A stretch of DNA of 63,674 nucleotides, filler included, from Hausera hauseri (taxonomy: Eukaryota), in NCBI GenBank assembly GCA_046269625.1. It is 11 parts of 11 records of this genome, joined end to end, with 100 filler letters (N's around TTAATTAATTAA, not from the genome) between each part and the next. Parts side by side here need not be neighbours in the genome. Positions count along the whole stretch, not along the records: positions 22,171 to 28,148 come from JBJURY010158867.1; positions 28,249 to 34,275 come from JBJURY010151200.1; positions 34,376 to 41,526 come from JBJURY010035223.1; 8 more parts are not named here. One strand, written 5' to 3'. The notes beneath the pieces were generated by a model. That model saw only the letters and a program-made list of their open reading frames with translations, ran no database searches and had not been told where the DNA came from. Below are positions 22,171 through 36,866 of the stretch, in pieces (position 1 is the stretch's first letter; every line of letters starts with the position of its first letter). A program made the position numbers and the translations under genes.

Positions 22171-23618
22171 TACAACAAATTATGAAGTTCGTTGATACTA
22201 ACAAAACGCCAAAGGGTCATCAGTTACGGAAACATCTACGACGATATGGTCACAAATACTACGTTGCTGGAGATTTGAACCACGGAAACGTGTTATAATA
22301 CGAACGAAAGGGACGAAAGTTGGTAGACATACCAAAAGGATTGAGTACAGAAGTACTAATGGCCGAGCACGATTCGTATTTAGCCGGACACATGTCGTGG
22401 AAAAAGACCATAGAAAGAATCTCGAATAAATACTATTGGCCGAGCATTTACATCGACGTGAAAAATTAGGTGAGTACTTGTGAAGTGTGTGCAACCAAAC
22501 AAAGAAAAGTGAAAAACTATATCGCCAAACTTAAACCTACCAACGTGACCGATAGACCAATGCAAGCAATGTCTGTGGATATTGTATGACCGTTACCTAC
22601 GACCCACAAAAGCAACAAATATATTTTGACCTGTGTAGACCGATTGACTCATTTCGTCGAGCTTATAGCGTTATTAGACCAAAAGGCCGAAACCTTAGCA
22701 GAAGCGGTAGTCCGGAAAATTATTTGCAGATATGGGCCACCCGAACAAATCTTGACAGACCGAGAAAGGGACTTTACGAGTGAATTGTTCGATAGAATTA
22801 CCAAAATTTTTGAGATTGAACGACTAACTACCACAGCTTATCATCCCAATGTAATGGAATGGTCGAGCGGATGAACGCGACCATTATACAAATCCTATCG
22901 ACAGTAGTCGCAAATGACCAGAATGATTGGGATGAGTTCTTAGAAGGGACACAATTCGCCATCAATACTACCACGCATCCTGGACAGGATTTACTCCGTT
23001 TTTCATAATGTATGGCAGAGAAGCTGTACTAACTACAGATTTAGGATTGATTCCTTACACAAAGAAAATGGAAGATTTGGAACAGAATTTTGTCGAGGTA
23101 TTACAAGTGAGATTACACAAATGTTGGAAAATAGCCAAGGAAGTATCTAAAAAACACCAAGAACAGTTTAAGAGGCAATACGACAAAAGGTTAAGCCACA
23201 CGACCTGGAACCAGGGAACTGGGTCTACGTGCACTATCCTGTAGCAAAGAAAGGCACATCTCTTAAACTCACCCGGACAGGCAGAGAACCTTACGAAGTT
23301 ACCAAAGTAACATCAACCACAGTTTATATAAATAAAAACGGCAAAGAAGAGGTCATATCGATTCAGCGAGTAGTCAAAACGAAAATAAAACCAAACAAAT
23401 GCTATATTTTGCGTTCGAACAAAACAAATGAAGAAAAGAAAACGTCGTCGATAGTAACCAGACTAATATCGTATGTACAAATAGTCCTCACCTTATCGTT
23501 AACCGCTTCATATATGCCCAAGGCAAAGTTGACAACTCAAAGAGAGAAATTGCAATATGCGGCGAAACGAAAAGATATCCAAAACTTACAGTCACTTAGA
23601 GTAAACGATATGGATTGA
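22171..23618 (+). pseudogene. Integrase (frameshifted)
   Basis: CVDRLTHFVELIALLDQKAETLAEAVV, MYGREA and YVQIVLTLSLTASY are nearly identical to copy 1. Confidence 0.92.
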
Positions 23619-24736
23619 AGCAAACCATGTGCGTGGATCGAAGCAAGTGAACCCGTTCAGAGCTACGTAAAATTTCAAATAATATTTGTAACTAGATATA
23701 TGATGAGAACATGTGATTTCCGTACGGATATCACAAAAGATGTTGGTATTTGTATTTTGGACAAGCCTACGGATACAGGTTTCAAATGTTTTATTCCAAT
23801 CAGTTTGGAGCTCAAGCTTATATAATTACAGAACTCGTAATAAGAACGCCCCAACGAAAGGACGCAAACCAAACCAAGACGGACGAAATAATCCGAAGCA
23901 CTGACCCGTTTAAAAGACTCTTAGATTATAATATTATGGGGATTTACAAGGACTTAAAGAATCAATGTATACGAATTGAGACCAGAATAGAGCTGCCTGG
24001 AGACAGACAAATATCTGTCCGATTTATACCACTGAATGCTTCGATCCCTACTCCAGAGTATTGTTATCTGGCCAAACGCCGATCTACTACGTGCTGTGTA
24101 ATACAACTAGGACAGGATTATCAGTTACAATTTGACTTGTACAATACGTACTCTGGAGAACAAAGCACTTATTTAAGAGGATACCGTCCGAAAATCGGAA
24201 GATGAAAGCTTTCCTTCTCAGCCACTACGAGAAGACCATCTACAGTTCCAAGCACAACTCTCACTACCACGATCGTCACTTCAGACGACATGCCAGAAAG
24301 CATACCAGTTAAGATTTTGTCAAAAAGCAATAGAATTCTATTTTACGCTGAAGAGACGTTTAATCGAGACGTCAAGATCGAATGTCCCACCCTGCACACC
24401 AACCAAGTTGTGATCCTGAGAAAGAATAGTCAGGAAACTAAATGCAAGTCATTACGGCCGCAACATGACTACATAGTCAGAATCACCGCAAAGGGTAAGA
24501 ATCCTAAAACTTATACAGTGCGGACTCTAGACAACCAGATCGAAGTAATGCAGTATAGAGATCTGAGTATGCAAAATGTTTTGACCACAAAGGGGTCCGT
24601 TGAGCCAAACAATTTACCGACGATCGCTATATTAAGTTTGTCAATTTTCGTTCTTGTCATATTAATGGCGATAATTTTTCTAGTTTCCAAAAATTGTAGT
24701 AAGCGCTGTAAAAATCGGAAGGGAGATAAAGGATAA
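23440..24736 (+). pseudogene. Type I membrane protein homolog of 4640-6062
   Basis: RSTDP, NQCI, EYC, CC, FDLY, a Thr-rich stalk, LRPQHDYIVRI, and TM IAILSLSIFVLVILMAIIFLV. Confidence 0.6.
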
Positions 24737-24879
24737 AAGGGCACCGAGACGGACCTTATAATAGCATAACCTGACAACTACAGATCGGGTTATCCTATCA
24801 TCAGACAGAGAAAATGTTTTGCTTTAAAACGATGATCTGTCTTAGGATTAACCTTTATTTTTATTTTAGCAAAGTAAGT

Positions 24880-27309
24880 ATGGCCGAGAAGGCGAAGAAT
24901 TCAGCAGTCAGTCCCAATTTCGATATCGATGATTTCCTACAGCAGCACGTCACTGTTCTCAAGCCACTGTCCAAAAGTCTATACCGACAAATTGGAGAAA
25001 ACATAAAAAACCGGAACTATTTAGAATTTGACCAAGAGAGTAAAATACCAAATGGACTAAAATGGGGCTTAGAAGAGAATCGACTGGTTTGATTATATGC
25101 CATGCGAAATCCAAAGAATGCACGGGCATACCTTTTAAGAGACCTGATTCCATATGAGCCGACACATCAGCAATTGCACGCACATGTCGCTGATGGAGAA
25201 ATTCAGTACAGGATCGTAGGACAGTCCTGGAGTACACAAAAGGGACAGAAATGAAAGTTTAGTACCTACGAGCTATGTTGCTATAGCCTCATGAATTACG
25301 CTCTAGAATTTCGGATCGCGGACCTTCCGACCAAAATCATGATCGAGATGACGTTGCGAACGGAGGTAATGAAGCCACTACCACCGTTACCATATATACA
25401 GAAGCCATCAGAAGATGAGATAGAACAAAATGGGGAATCCTACAGATTAGTTCCAGACGGTAGAAACACCCGGATATTAGCCGTAAACTATAGAGAAAAG
25501 GATGACGGATGGTATGTTCAGATTGAGGTCTTTATCAGAAATACTAATGGAGAAAAGATTATAAATAAAATAATCGCACCTCGAGCTAGGATAAAGGATA
25601 CTTTCCCCGACGTTACAGGAATTACGAAAGTACAGCTCGAAAAAGGAAAAGATTTCTTGGAGATCCAAGAAGACATAAGCCACTGTTTCTATGGATATAT
25701 TGTCACCGGATTCCGAGTGCACAAAGCGTTGGAGCGACTATGAATTAGGCAAGAGTACATAGCCGGAATACGAGAATTGAGCCGAAACCCAGCCGTTGTG
25801 AGCCAAGTAGAAAATACCTTGATGTGGAAAAGAGGCTGCCTGCTTCCGTCAGCATCGCGCGAATCCCAATTTAAGATGACAATAGAAGCCATGAATGGCG
25901 AACGATTCAAATTTCCTCAGCTGATGTCAGCTAATCAACGGACCAAATTTATAAAAGATATTTATGACTCGTTACGATGGGACCACGAGTGGAAAGCCAG
26001 AAACCACATGCAAAATGCAACATCCGACAACAACCCCAAAGTCCTGATACAAAAATTCCGAAAAGGGTTTAGTGAATACCCTGGTTATCGACAAATCGAA
26101 CCCCGAGAACATAACCGATTCCGAGTAACAGTTCCGAATAATCCAATAGAAGCCCCTAACAGCCGACAAAAACCGACGACCAGTCAAATTCAAAAATAAT
26201 CAATATCAGATAACCTGGACAATTCAAGAAAGCAGAAGACAAAAACTTCCTTCCTGGAATATATTAGTAAAAAAAGAAGCAAATCTAGTAAAAATCAAAC
26301 AGACGAGAATAAACGAACATCCGGCAGCCAAACCCCGAAGGAACCGATAAATGACCCAAAGGAAATATCATACCAACGAGAATCTAAAGAAAATAACGAA
26401 AGTTGATTAAGAATTACCAAAACAGGAACCTTTAAGACAGAAGTCAACGTTCTTTGGAAGAACTGGGAGGAAGATACCCCAATTATAGTTACAGAATTCG
26501 GCCAAGTGAAAGAATACAAAAGAATCCTCGTCATGGCCGAATATTATAGCAAGGGAAAAATCAAAGAGGCTATATTTTACGTATCTACCGTTCCTAGAAG
26601 AATAGTAAGCGGAAATGCATATGTCAGAGAAGATACCACTATTGGCAGATATCTAGCCGCAATATTCCAGTCGAAGAGCGGCACTAACAGATTGACGATT
26701 CCCGTGGATACCCAAGTTAGAATTCAATTAAAAAGACAATACAAGAAGACTGGAGTACTCGATTTGGATAAACAAGAAATAGTCGAATGGACCCTAGTCG
26801 CGGTATCCGACGATCCGAGAAAAAGCTCAATAGACCTCAATCAAAAGAGATTGTACGAATACTTGTACCAAGACAAAAAAGGACTGGTATTTGAGAGAAT
26901 AGAAGTGGACAAAAACTTTGTGGACATTAATGCATCTGAAAAAGAAAAATGTCCCGTTTGCGATGCGGATCTCTATCAAGGATTCGTAGTATTGGACAAC
27001 AAAAATTGCAGTCACAAATATTGTCGGTACTGCTTAAAAACGTGGACACTGAAAAATGGGAAAACGACCTGCCCAATATGCAGAGCCGAAGCTACCAGGC
27101 TAAGATACTACTCAAATAGAGAAAATAAGAAGATAGTAGAGATACTACCCGAACAGGCCACTACGTCCTATCCTTTTGACTTACAATCGCCGTCGAACGA
27201 ATCGGATTCAGAAGTGGACTTACGCGGACGAATGGACCGATTGCGCGGCACCTCTACTGACGCACTGGGCACATCCGAGAGTGCCGTTCAGAGAGGAGAA
27301 ATGTTATGA
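24880..27309 (+). pseudogene. Exonuclease-fold plus C3HC4 RING cargo ORF, copy 2
   Basis: ORFs 24814, 25291, 25777 and 26506 share one frame. Exonuclease-like part: RILAVNY..IIAP..VTGI..IQEDISHCFYGYIVTG. RING (26950-27081): CPVC..CSHKYCRYC..CPIC. Confidence 0.72.
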
Positions 27310-28086
27310 GATGGCAGTAAAACAGAATTATACATATGTAAATAATAGCGAAACTGAAAAACGAAACCGAAAGTGAAACCGAAACTAACTAAAAATGAAA
27401 AATTAATATTATTTAGAATTAACCAGTGAATCTGTAAATATGAAAATAGTTTATTGGAACGCAAAATTATTTATTATTCTTGAAATACGGAAAGAATTAA
27501 ATGAAAATAGCAGAAAATTATTTGTAAATAATAATGGGAAAATAATTGCTTATGACTGCCAATTATATAAGGCAGTACAAAATCAGTTACCCGAACATTA
27601 GTGAAGTTGTAAGTTGGCATTGATCGAGCTGTTGGAAAAGCTCAGAGATTTAATTACTTTTCGAATTATTGAAACGATATTGCAGTTGCCGAGCTAGCAG
27701 AAGCTCCGAGATATCCGACATTTGTGAAGAAGATCTCAGTTAACATTGAACTTGAACGATTGTAGAAACCTTCTTGACGACTGTATCGTCTGGTATATAT
27801 TTGTTTATTGTCAATAAATTTGTATTCTAAAATATTCTTATAGTTTTCTGTCGCTCCTTACTAGGACCTTGTACCACATTAAGGATTAAAATCACATTAA
27901 ACTTCATAATTAAGTTGAGAATTTGTAAACTATGCAAGGCACCGCTCGCAGTACACGCATTTTAAAATAGTGCAAACATTCTAACGAGAACGTTAGGACT
28001 TATCTGCTTATAATCACTGTTTTAAACTTAAGTTTCAATATTGTTATAGTTGGGTGTTGGATAGGGCCCACCTTAAACTACTAACA
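27302..28086 (+). repeat. 3' LTR of copy 2 (~785 bp)
   Basis: Preceded by the PPT AGAGAGGAGAAA. Ends TGTTA...TAACA. Contains TATA-like and AATAAA motifs, and motifs shared with the copy 1 LTR. Confidence 0.75.
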
Positions 28087-28846
28087 TACCTTTTGATATA
28101 TCATTTTCATCACCCAACTGACAATTTTATCATAATTATTTCTGCTAGNNNNNNNNNNNNNNNNNNNNNNNNNNNNNNNNNNNNNNNNNNNNTTAATTAA
28201 TTAANNNNNNNNNNNNNNNNNNNNNNNNNNNNNNNNNNNNNNNNNNNNATAATGCCAGTGAATAATGTTTCAGCCACTGCATTACGCATTTGCGTAAGTA
28301 AATTTTAGTATAGTACATGTGATTTATGCTATTTTTAGGCATACACTACATTGTTGTACAAACAAGGCTCAAGCAACAAATGCTTATTTGACAAACCATC
28401 ATCATAAACTGACTTGGGAAGAATATAATACCTAGTTTTGCAGAGATTGCCTTATGCGGGATATTGGGAATATATGTGATATAAATGAATCCATGTTCTA
28501 TGTCAAAGATCATGCCGATGGGCAAAAGAAGATATTTAATAGCATAATTCCAGAATTGCAAATATATGCATATGAATGTACCAAATTGGTAAGTATACCA
28601 AAGGACATTACATGCATTTATAGTGAACATGGTTCACATTTTGCTTATAAAAAAGTGTTTAGCGTTATGTCAAAGTTATATTGTTACTAAATAAATCTGT
28701 TATGAAATTAGTTGATCTTAACCTATATAGTAGTTACTTAGTTTTATTTGGCCTTATTCTATATTTCACATTACCTGATCAAGAAGACAACACAATATTT
28801 TCATACAACATTTATTAAACAAAAGAATAACAATGAATATCAATAT

Positions 28847-31800
28847 TTACAATACCACATGTCCGTGAGGAAGTGTGTGTATCCCATCGCTGAGGATCTG
28901 ACTCTTGTCATCCATCTTATCTAGGCTTTTATTCTGTGAGATTACAGTTTGGATGTTATGATACCTAGATTGAATCCGTCTCATCTGTGAAATGATGTGA
29001 GTTTTCTCCTGCAGAAGTCGCACATAGTTATTGAATCCAATCTTCTTGGCTAAGGTAGCCCTTTTAAACCTTTTGCCCGCTTCTTTACTTTGCCGCATAC
29101 ACTTAGGGCGCACATTTTAGATCTGAGTGCTACAAATCTCGATATTCTTGCCCCATTCACCTCGTCTTTAAATTTCCCAAGGACTTTCTTACTGCAGTTA
29201 AATAATTTGCATGGTCATTTGGATAATCCGAGGTATGCATGTGTTGGGCCAAATGAACAAAGTCCTCAGAAATGTCCTCTGTATGGATCTGATACATGAA
29301 ATAATCAGTATCCATATACATGAGCTGCATGGACTTGAACTTGGGGACCATGATGTCGTAGTGAAAATAATACAACAAGGTCATTGATAGGTCGGGGATT
29401 GCCATACTCACATATATGGGCTTGTTAAATACCAGGGATGTTTTCAGCATATGGATGCTGACCAAGTTCTCAATATATATGATGTTGCGGTGTAAGTTAG
29501 GCTTGGCAATAAGCTTCTTTGCTCGCTTCCAGTCAGAGACCAGTTCGATGTTGATCCTGTTCCGGATATTCTCTATGGTCTTGCCAAAGACCGAGTTGTT
29601 GTAAAGCTTGAACTGGTCCTTCTCAAAGTCGTTCTTGGAATTAGTCCGCAACTTGCTATTGAGATCTATGTAGGGCTGCAGCCACATGGACTGGCTGAAC
29701 TGCAGTGCTCTATGGATCTTGGTAATACAAAGTCCATGTCTAACTGCATCCTGGAAATTGATGTAGTGAACTACATACCTCTCCCTATTACCCAGATGAC
29801 AGAGCAGCTTTCTATGCTTTCCATGGGGAGGAGGCCTGCTCTCAGGGAGGAAAGACAGCTATTGATGCCTTGCGTGGATGGATACTGGATATTCCATATC
29901 CACCTCCAGTATGTATCCCGTATCTCCAGTGGGATCCAGGTCCAATATAGGGATGGCTTCAGGATTCTCGACCAATTTGAAGTTATCATACGGCAATGGG
30001 TTGCTCATTGCATATCCATACAAGTTGTTGGAATGCAGGTCTGATATATGAGGATTCCTTAGATGAATCATACTAGGCCACATACTTGTTGCTGGCCTCG
30101 CTATACCGGTGAATGGCCTGGCATATTCCGCCTCTAATGCCTCTCTCGATCATAAGGATCATATCATAATCCTTAATGATCTGCAGCCTTATACCTGTAT
30201 ATCTCAGCATTGCTATCAAGCTTATCCCCGGAGCCGTAAAGAAATGAGCCTGGTCTAATGCATGGCTCTTCATTGTAACATCCATGAAGCTCTCAAAGGC
30301 ATCTGTCAGCAGCAGCACTTTTGTACTGAGGTATATGTCGCTGTATTCCCCTAATGTTCGGCATTGGAATACATGCCAGACGTTCTGTGCATGCTGGTAG
30401 TCAGCATCACTGATATCGCAATCAGAGAGGATACTGTAAAAGTCCTTGTCCGGCAATGCGGTCTCATCCAGTGTTTCCCATGAGGTTATGTAGTCATAAG
30501 GAAACACGCCTTTCCCCTTGACGAGGTCAAATGCAGTGGGGAAGAACCGCTTCGTCTTCTTGAGTTCTTCGGCAGGCAGGTTCTTCACTAAACTGTCCAG
30601 TAACGAGCTCATGAAGCGGAAACTGTATATGAAGCGAAGTCTGATGCGGCCCACATGCTTCGTGAAAGTGATGTATTTTTCCTCACTGTTTTGGATAACA
30701 TCTATATTACCATCAATGTTGCCTAATTCTCAGACTATGAAATGGGAATTATAGCCACTGAGATTATGGAACAATACAGGCACATGTGCATGTTTTGCTA
30801 CGAGGTTACAGTTATTGCATGCTGCGCTCCGATATGCACCTGTAAAATGGCAATAATCCTTCACTTTATGATTATCCTTGGTAAAGGACTTGTCGCACAC
30901 GTAACATGTTGCCCTATGCCATTCTTCAGCTTGTTTCCACGACATGCTCATTGTATCCTTATGCTGCTGAAGCATGTTTTCAAGCTTATGAGCCATATCT
31001 TTTAATCTCTTCATAAAATGTGCTGCTGCGTTTGGCCCTTGGAATAGAAATGGTTCAATGTCCAGTCCTTTGGCACACATACAATACGATGAGAGTTTAT
31101 GATACCGGTATGCCGTTATGCTGTGAACTGGGCTGATGATGGCCTCAAAATCACGATGGATAACTACTGGGACCTTCTACATCTTCTCGAACTCCTTGAA
31201 TTCCAGGTAATCCTCCTTAAGGAATTCTACTCGGATGCAATAGTTTGCAAAACAGTAGGTCTTGTGCTCCTTCAGCTTTTCTGCGGATGTGTCCCCATTA
31301 AAATGGGTAAAGCTTCTCTTTCATATCTCCATCCTTGATATATGATTGGATATTTGGGATCCTACGAGGGGCTCAAAGTTCTTGATCCAGATGAAATGCC
31401 TCTTTTCTCCATCATATATCAGGAGTAGATCCCTATGATCCTCCAATTCCTCCTTGCGCACATGATATGGATAAAATTTTTCGTCATCCAGTCCGAAGAT
31501 GTTGATTGAGATGTTGTTCACGCTTTCAAATTTCACGATTTCATCTAGGCTGGGCGGGAATAAAATACAGCTGAAGTCGTATGTGTGCTTCACTTTGTCA
31601 TAAATCCAAACTTGGGAAGCATTATGTTGATCCTGGACTAGTTTTTATAAAATAGCATACATGAAATACATGTTGTCATTATTATGGACATTGACGCATA
31701 CCTTTTTCTCATCTATCCATTCAGGAAGCGGTATGTAGAACTTGCCTCTCATGGGAGAAGACTTGTGCACATGTACAAGTAACCCTTTTATTGTTGCAAA

Positions 31801-32540
31801 AGTCCAACCGCTCTTCTTATCCTGCCTTTCTTCGGCTTCGCGGATGAGCCTTGTATAGTCTTCAGTAATGAAATCCTTAATGTTAAAGGATTTCAATAGT
31901 GACCTGTTCTTTGTCTTGAAGGCTCTATTAGACAACTCTCCTTTGACGTTGATAAAGGTGGCTTCCAATTTTAAGTTCACTTTAAGGGTCTTCAGCTCCA
32001 ATAAGTTGTCCCGGAGAATTCCTGATGCCTCCTCCTTTGAATATTTCAGCAATTCTTGGAGCGGTGTCTGCCCCACTGTGGCTATGAAGTATCGCCGCAC
32101 TTTGCACTTCACTGCATCTGCTTCAACCGGCCGCCATCATTGGCTTTTGAGGGATCATTTGCTGCTACTTCTGATAGGTGTTTTGGTCCTGAATCTGGCT
32201 GTGGTACTGCAGGCAGTGGTACTGAAAGCTGTGGTACTGCAGGCTGTGGTACTGTAGGCTGTGCTGTCAGAGCAGGAAGCTGCTCATTAAATATGACCTT
32301 CTTTGGCTTTGAATTGAAGTCTGTCAAATGGGCAATATGATCTTTATAAAACTGCCTGTATTCCCTATTATATACAGTCTCACATCCTGGGCAAATATAA
32401 TACAGGACTCTATTAAATTTGTATCCATAATATCTCCTCAAAGTATTATGACAGTTCTGAGGCTTGTGTATTGCACATGTGCAATACACATATGAACTGC
32501 ATCCTTGATTTTGCTTAGGTACGAAAGTCGTTATTGACAT
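28847..32540 (-). pseudogene. Polinton/adintovirus-type protein-primed DNA polymerase B relic with an endonuclease VII-like domain
   Basis: CYVC..HFTGAYRSAACNNCN, FHNLSGY, KGVFPYDY, GIRGG, NNLYGYAMS, KLYNNSVFGKT and YMDTD. Fragmented. The Cys-rich ORF 32109-32540 may be its N-terminus. Confidence 0.88.
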
Positions 32541-33429
32541 ATTAGTACTGATAATTTGGTTTTTCTACTTGGTGAAGGAAATCAAGTGCTCTTTATGGAC
32601 ATTGTAAAAGTCTTCATAATTGGTTTGGCACACTACCTCACGTGTAGGGCATATAATTCAGAGCCCTGTTGTACATATGACCAAAGTACTTCGACATAAC
32701 ACTGTGGCAATTTTTCGGCTCGTGGATTTGAGCCAAACATTCGCTCTAAAGTTTGCTCATCTAAACTCAACCAATTATTTGAGTAGCACAATTAAAAAAC
32801 TCACCACTTGTTGAAGTGATTTTGGAAATAATGAACAATATTGCCATATCTACATGTACTGCCTCGCTTATTAATTGGTTTTAATGCGCTTTTGTTTTAA
32901 TGCATCAATTAAATTAAATACGTGGCGGCGCCAAATTCAAATAGGTTTTCGACCATGGGTAATCGAATGATGTCATTCGGTTCTTCGAATAATGCATACT
33001 TGACCAAGCTTTTGAGTTCGAATACCTAAGTATTCGACTTGTAAGCTGGAATTCGAATATATAACATCATATTCCAATTTAAAATATATGTCTTCTTATC
33101 CCGCCCTGCTATTAGATTTATTGATTTCCGCTTCACTGGGCTTTAAATGCACATTTTCTTAATTAGAAATATTGATTTTGTGCCTATATAGCATATTTTC
33201 ATGGAATAATTTTTATGAATAAGCGGTTTTTCATATGTGCGGAATCGATTGCCGCTGTTACATTTTTTGAATAGTTCGATATTCGATATTCGAGTCAAAA
33301 ATATTCGAATTTCGAATATCTGACTCGAGATTCGAGATCGCCATACTCAATTTCCTCTCTGTTCCCGCTAATTAAAATATTGAATTTGCTTTCTTAGGGC
33401 CTAAAACCCCATGCGGGTTCTCCCTTGGT

Positions 33430-34260
33430 TGCACTTTGGATCGATATTATTTGAAATAAACTCGATAAATTTAAATTATAACTGCAAATTCTTATACTTC
33501 ACCATGTTTCCAGTCGATCCCACCCAATCACATGTCCTAATCATCAATATTGGAAATATCGGAAATTTGATATTATTGATTTTTGCACACTTGCACATGT
33601 GTTTTTGCATTGTAGAGTATATATCAATGTGCATCACTATGTGCTCTATCTACCTGCACTTGACCCGATCAATTCCATCAATCCTACGCTGCACAATGGC
33701 CAAAATGTGAAAAGTGAAAAAGTGCCTTGGCAACCGTATCCAAGAGCACCTCCACCTTGAGAATTTCCATATTGGTTGTGCACCGTATATGCTACCTACC
33801 ACTACGTGTCCCGGATCGATATTATCGATTTTTATTTTATACCGCAAAGGCCTATGCGGATTTTTCCTCAGTTTAAAATTATTCGAAAACCAATCAACAT
33901 ATTTAAATTCTATCTGCATATGCACACAGTCCACCATGTGTGCTTTTGATTGTTGCCGGTGTCGTGCCCCAATAATCAATATTAGGAATATCGGAAATCC
34001 GATATCATTCATTTTTTCACACTTGCGCATGTGCTGCACGTGTCCACCAATGGATGCGCACTGATGTGCACTATCGATTAGCAGTTTGTTGTGATCGATT
34101 CGATCAATACTCCACTGTGCAGCGATCGATGTGCAAAAGTGTCCTTAGCAACGGTGCCTAGCGGCACCGTCGCCTCGCACTCTACCAATCGATAGTGCTC
34201 CGTGTGCACTATCGATTAGCACATGTACACTATCAAGTGAGTACTGGCATTTTTCTCCTA
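33430..34260. repeat. Diverged local duplication (~400-bp period), non-coding
   Basis: ATCAATATT..AATATCGGAAAT..CACACTTGC.CATGTG occurs at ~33540 and ~33975. Confidence 0.5.
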
Positions 34261-34375
34261 CTCGGGTGTGTTCGANNNNNNNNNNNNNNNNNNNNNNNNN
34301 NNNNNNNNNNNNNNNNNNNTTAATTAATTAANNNNNNNNNNNNNNNNNNNNNNNNNNNNNNNNNNNNNNNNNNNN

Positions 34376-36060
34376 TCCTTTTACAACCCAGGCTTTCTGC
34401 CTCATTCTTAGCACGGTTCCAGCAACTCCATCATGTGCAGCATTCTGAGCTTTTCAAGTCTTGACTTGTAGTTGCAGTTTTAGATGCCTGGTGTTGGATG
34501 GAGACCTGACACATCAATGCTGGATGCTGTAAGGTTTCATGGGTGAGCTTCTCATATCTCATGGCAGCTGTCCTCATTGACCTTGCAAAATGTGTTTTGG
34601 TCATGTGAACTGTCATGGTAAGCTCCTCAAACAATTTTGGATGAGTTCCTCCAACCACTTTTCCCAGGGGGCCATCCCACAGTACAAGGTTCCCCACAAC
34701 TCTGATTCTTTGTGGTGCCAACTGACCCTCCCTGTGGCTTATGAGTAGGCTTATTTCTCTGGGTCTTGCAAGCTCATCTGGTGGTACATCTGGGAAATAT
34801 CTGTGGAGTTGGTTTGCTTTCACATGCTTGTGAATGTATGCAATACTAAGTCCATAACAAACAAGCTGACAGGGTTTAAAGGTGCCTTTGGAGGTTTTCA
34901 CACAAATCTTCAGGAGGTAACGGTTTGTCTAAACACAAACTTTCATTCCTCCAACTCCATAGACAATGAGCGTGATCTCCTCACTTCTGAGCTTTAGTCT
35001 GTTTGCAGCTTTGTGTATTATGTAATTTGTATCTGAGGCCAAATCAATTAATGTCCCAATCTTTTGTCCAGCATTTGCAGTTACTTCAAGAAGCATCATC
35101 AACACTGGCAGTTCCTGCAGTACACTATCCATTAAGAGACTAGACTGGTTCTTTGTGGCGTTGTAGACCCTGGATGTACTATTTGAATATACATCTCTAC
35201 AATGTTTGGCCAGTTCAGGTGACAATTTTTTAAGAAATTCCTCCTGATCCTCTGTGTACTTCCTGCTTATTCTGTCTTCTTCTGGACAAACTTGGCCCTT
35301 TCTCTGGGCTTTGTTGCTTTTCTTAGCATCAGCACTTAGGCATAGATGATAGTGGTGCTCCAGATTGTCCCCATTCCTGCAACTTTGATTCCAGCACAGT
35401 CAGGTTTGCAGTATGACTTGCCATCATGTACTTCCAGATACTTGGTGCATGCTCCTACCTTCTTGACAACAACTCTTCTCTCTGCTAGTGTTAGGGCTCT
35501 GAACTGTTTGCAATAGTATAGTGTTTTTCTGTGCTTTCCATCGCCACAGACAACACAGCGTACAGAGTCATCATCTGCTTGGTTCTGGCATGTCTTGGCT
35601 TCATTCGGGTCTCCCATCTACTTGATTCATCCTCTCTCAGTTGCTCCAACTGCTCATAAATAGTTTCTTGATTTTTCAGAAATGCAAGGAGGTGATCAAA
35701 ACGGTGCTCTGATACTCAGCATTCTTTTTGTCAGCTGCATAAACAAGCCACTCCTTCTTCAGAGCTTCCAGAAGCTTAGTTTCAATTGACTTTGTTATGA
35801 GGGGATTTTTAATGGTGCCAGTGTCACCAAGGTCACTTAGATCCTTCAGTGCCTTTTCAACAGCTTGAATTAACTCCACTATCCTTCTTGGCTGGTGACC
35901 TCTAACTGTAGGAATTCTCTGTAGCTCCTCCACGATTTCAATTGCAATGGCTGTCTGGTTTCCATAACGGTTCTCAAGGACATGAAAAATATCATCTGAA
36001 GTGCTATAAGAGGGTAAGCGAAGGTCTCCTGTGATTTTCTCATCTACACTATCCAGCAGA
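34376..36060 (-). mobile_element. BEL/Pao LTR retrotransposon relic (gag and protease)
   Basis: LENRYGNQTAIAIEIVEEL, Cys/His knuckles CVVCGDGKH..C, and LIDLASDTNYI. Confidence 0.8.
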
Positions 36061-36689
36061 GGAGTCAGGAGTCGGGGCTGTAGCAGGAGAACTGGGGACC
36101 ACAGCTGCTACTGCAGAGCCAGGGACCAGACGCGCAGGACAGCAGGAGAACTCCTTGGTGAAAATAATAATGATTTATTCAACAAAACAAAAAGGCTGAC
36201 GGGCAGCAAAACTTTTTACCTTCATGATGTCAGATAGGGAGGTCGAATAGGGACACACTTCTGTGTCTTCATGTTCAGAGGGGCTCTGAGAAACAAACAC
36301 ACTTTATGAACTTATCCCATCACTTCTACTGAAAACAAACATTTATTTAAAAAGAATGAAACAAGTTATCTCAGCTGAAAGACGTAAAGTGTTCCAACCT
36401 TCAGTGTCCACCGTTTATGGCCTCTTGTCTTTTCCTCACGTTAGAAAAACGTCCCCGTCTTCCTGCCTTTGTCAAGAAGTTTCTGGGAGAATAGTCGTCT
36501 TGTTTGAATCATAAGTTTGAGCTGCACACAGGGTCACAAAGTCAGTTTATATGTTTGTAGAGAGGTTATAAAAAGAGCAAATTAAAGTTATTTGTACATA
36601 TTGGAAAGTGATAAACATTTCTTTCTGACATGTGCATTAAAACTAAACATATTTCGACAGCTCCCATTTTGTTACTGTAAATTAATTCA

Positions 36690-36866
<177 letters not shown>

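Larger units (their letters stand above)
22171..28086 (+). mobile_element. Gypsy LTR retroelement, copy 2 (3' part), diverged relative of copy 1
   Basis: Same order as copy 1: integrase, membrane protein, exonuclease-RING ORF, PPT, LTR. Confidence 0.9.
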
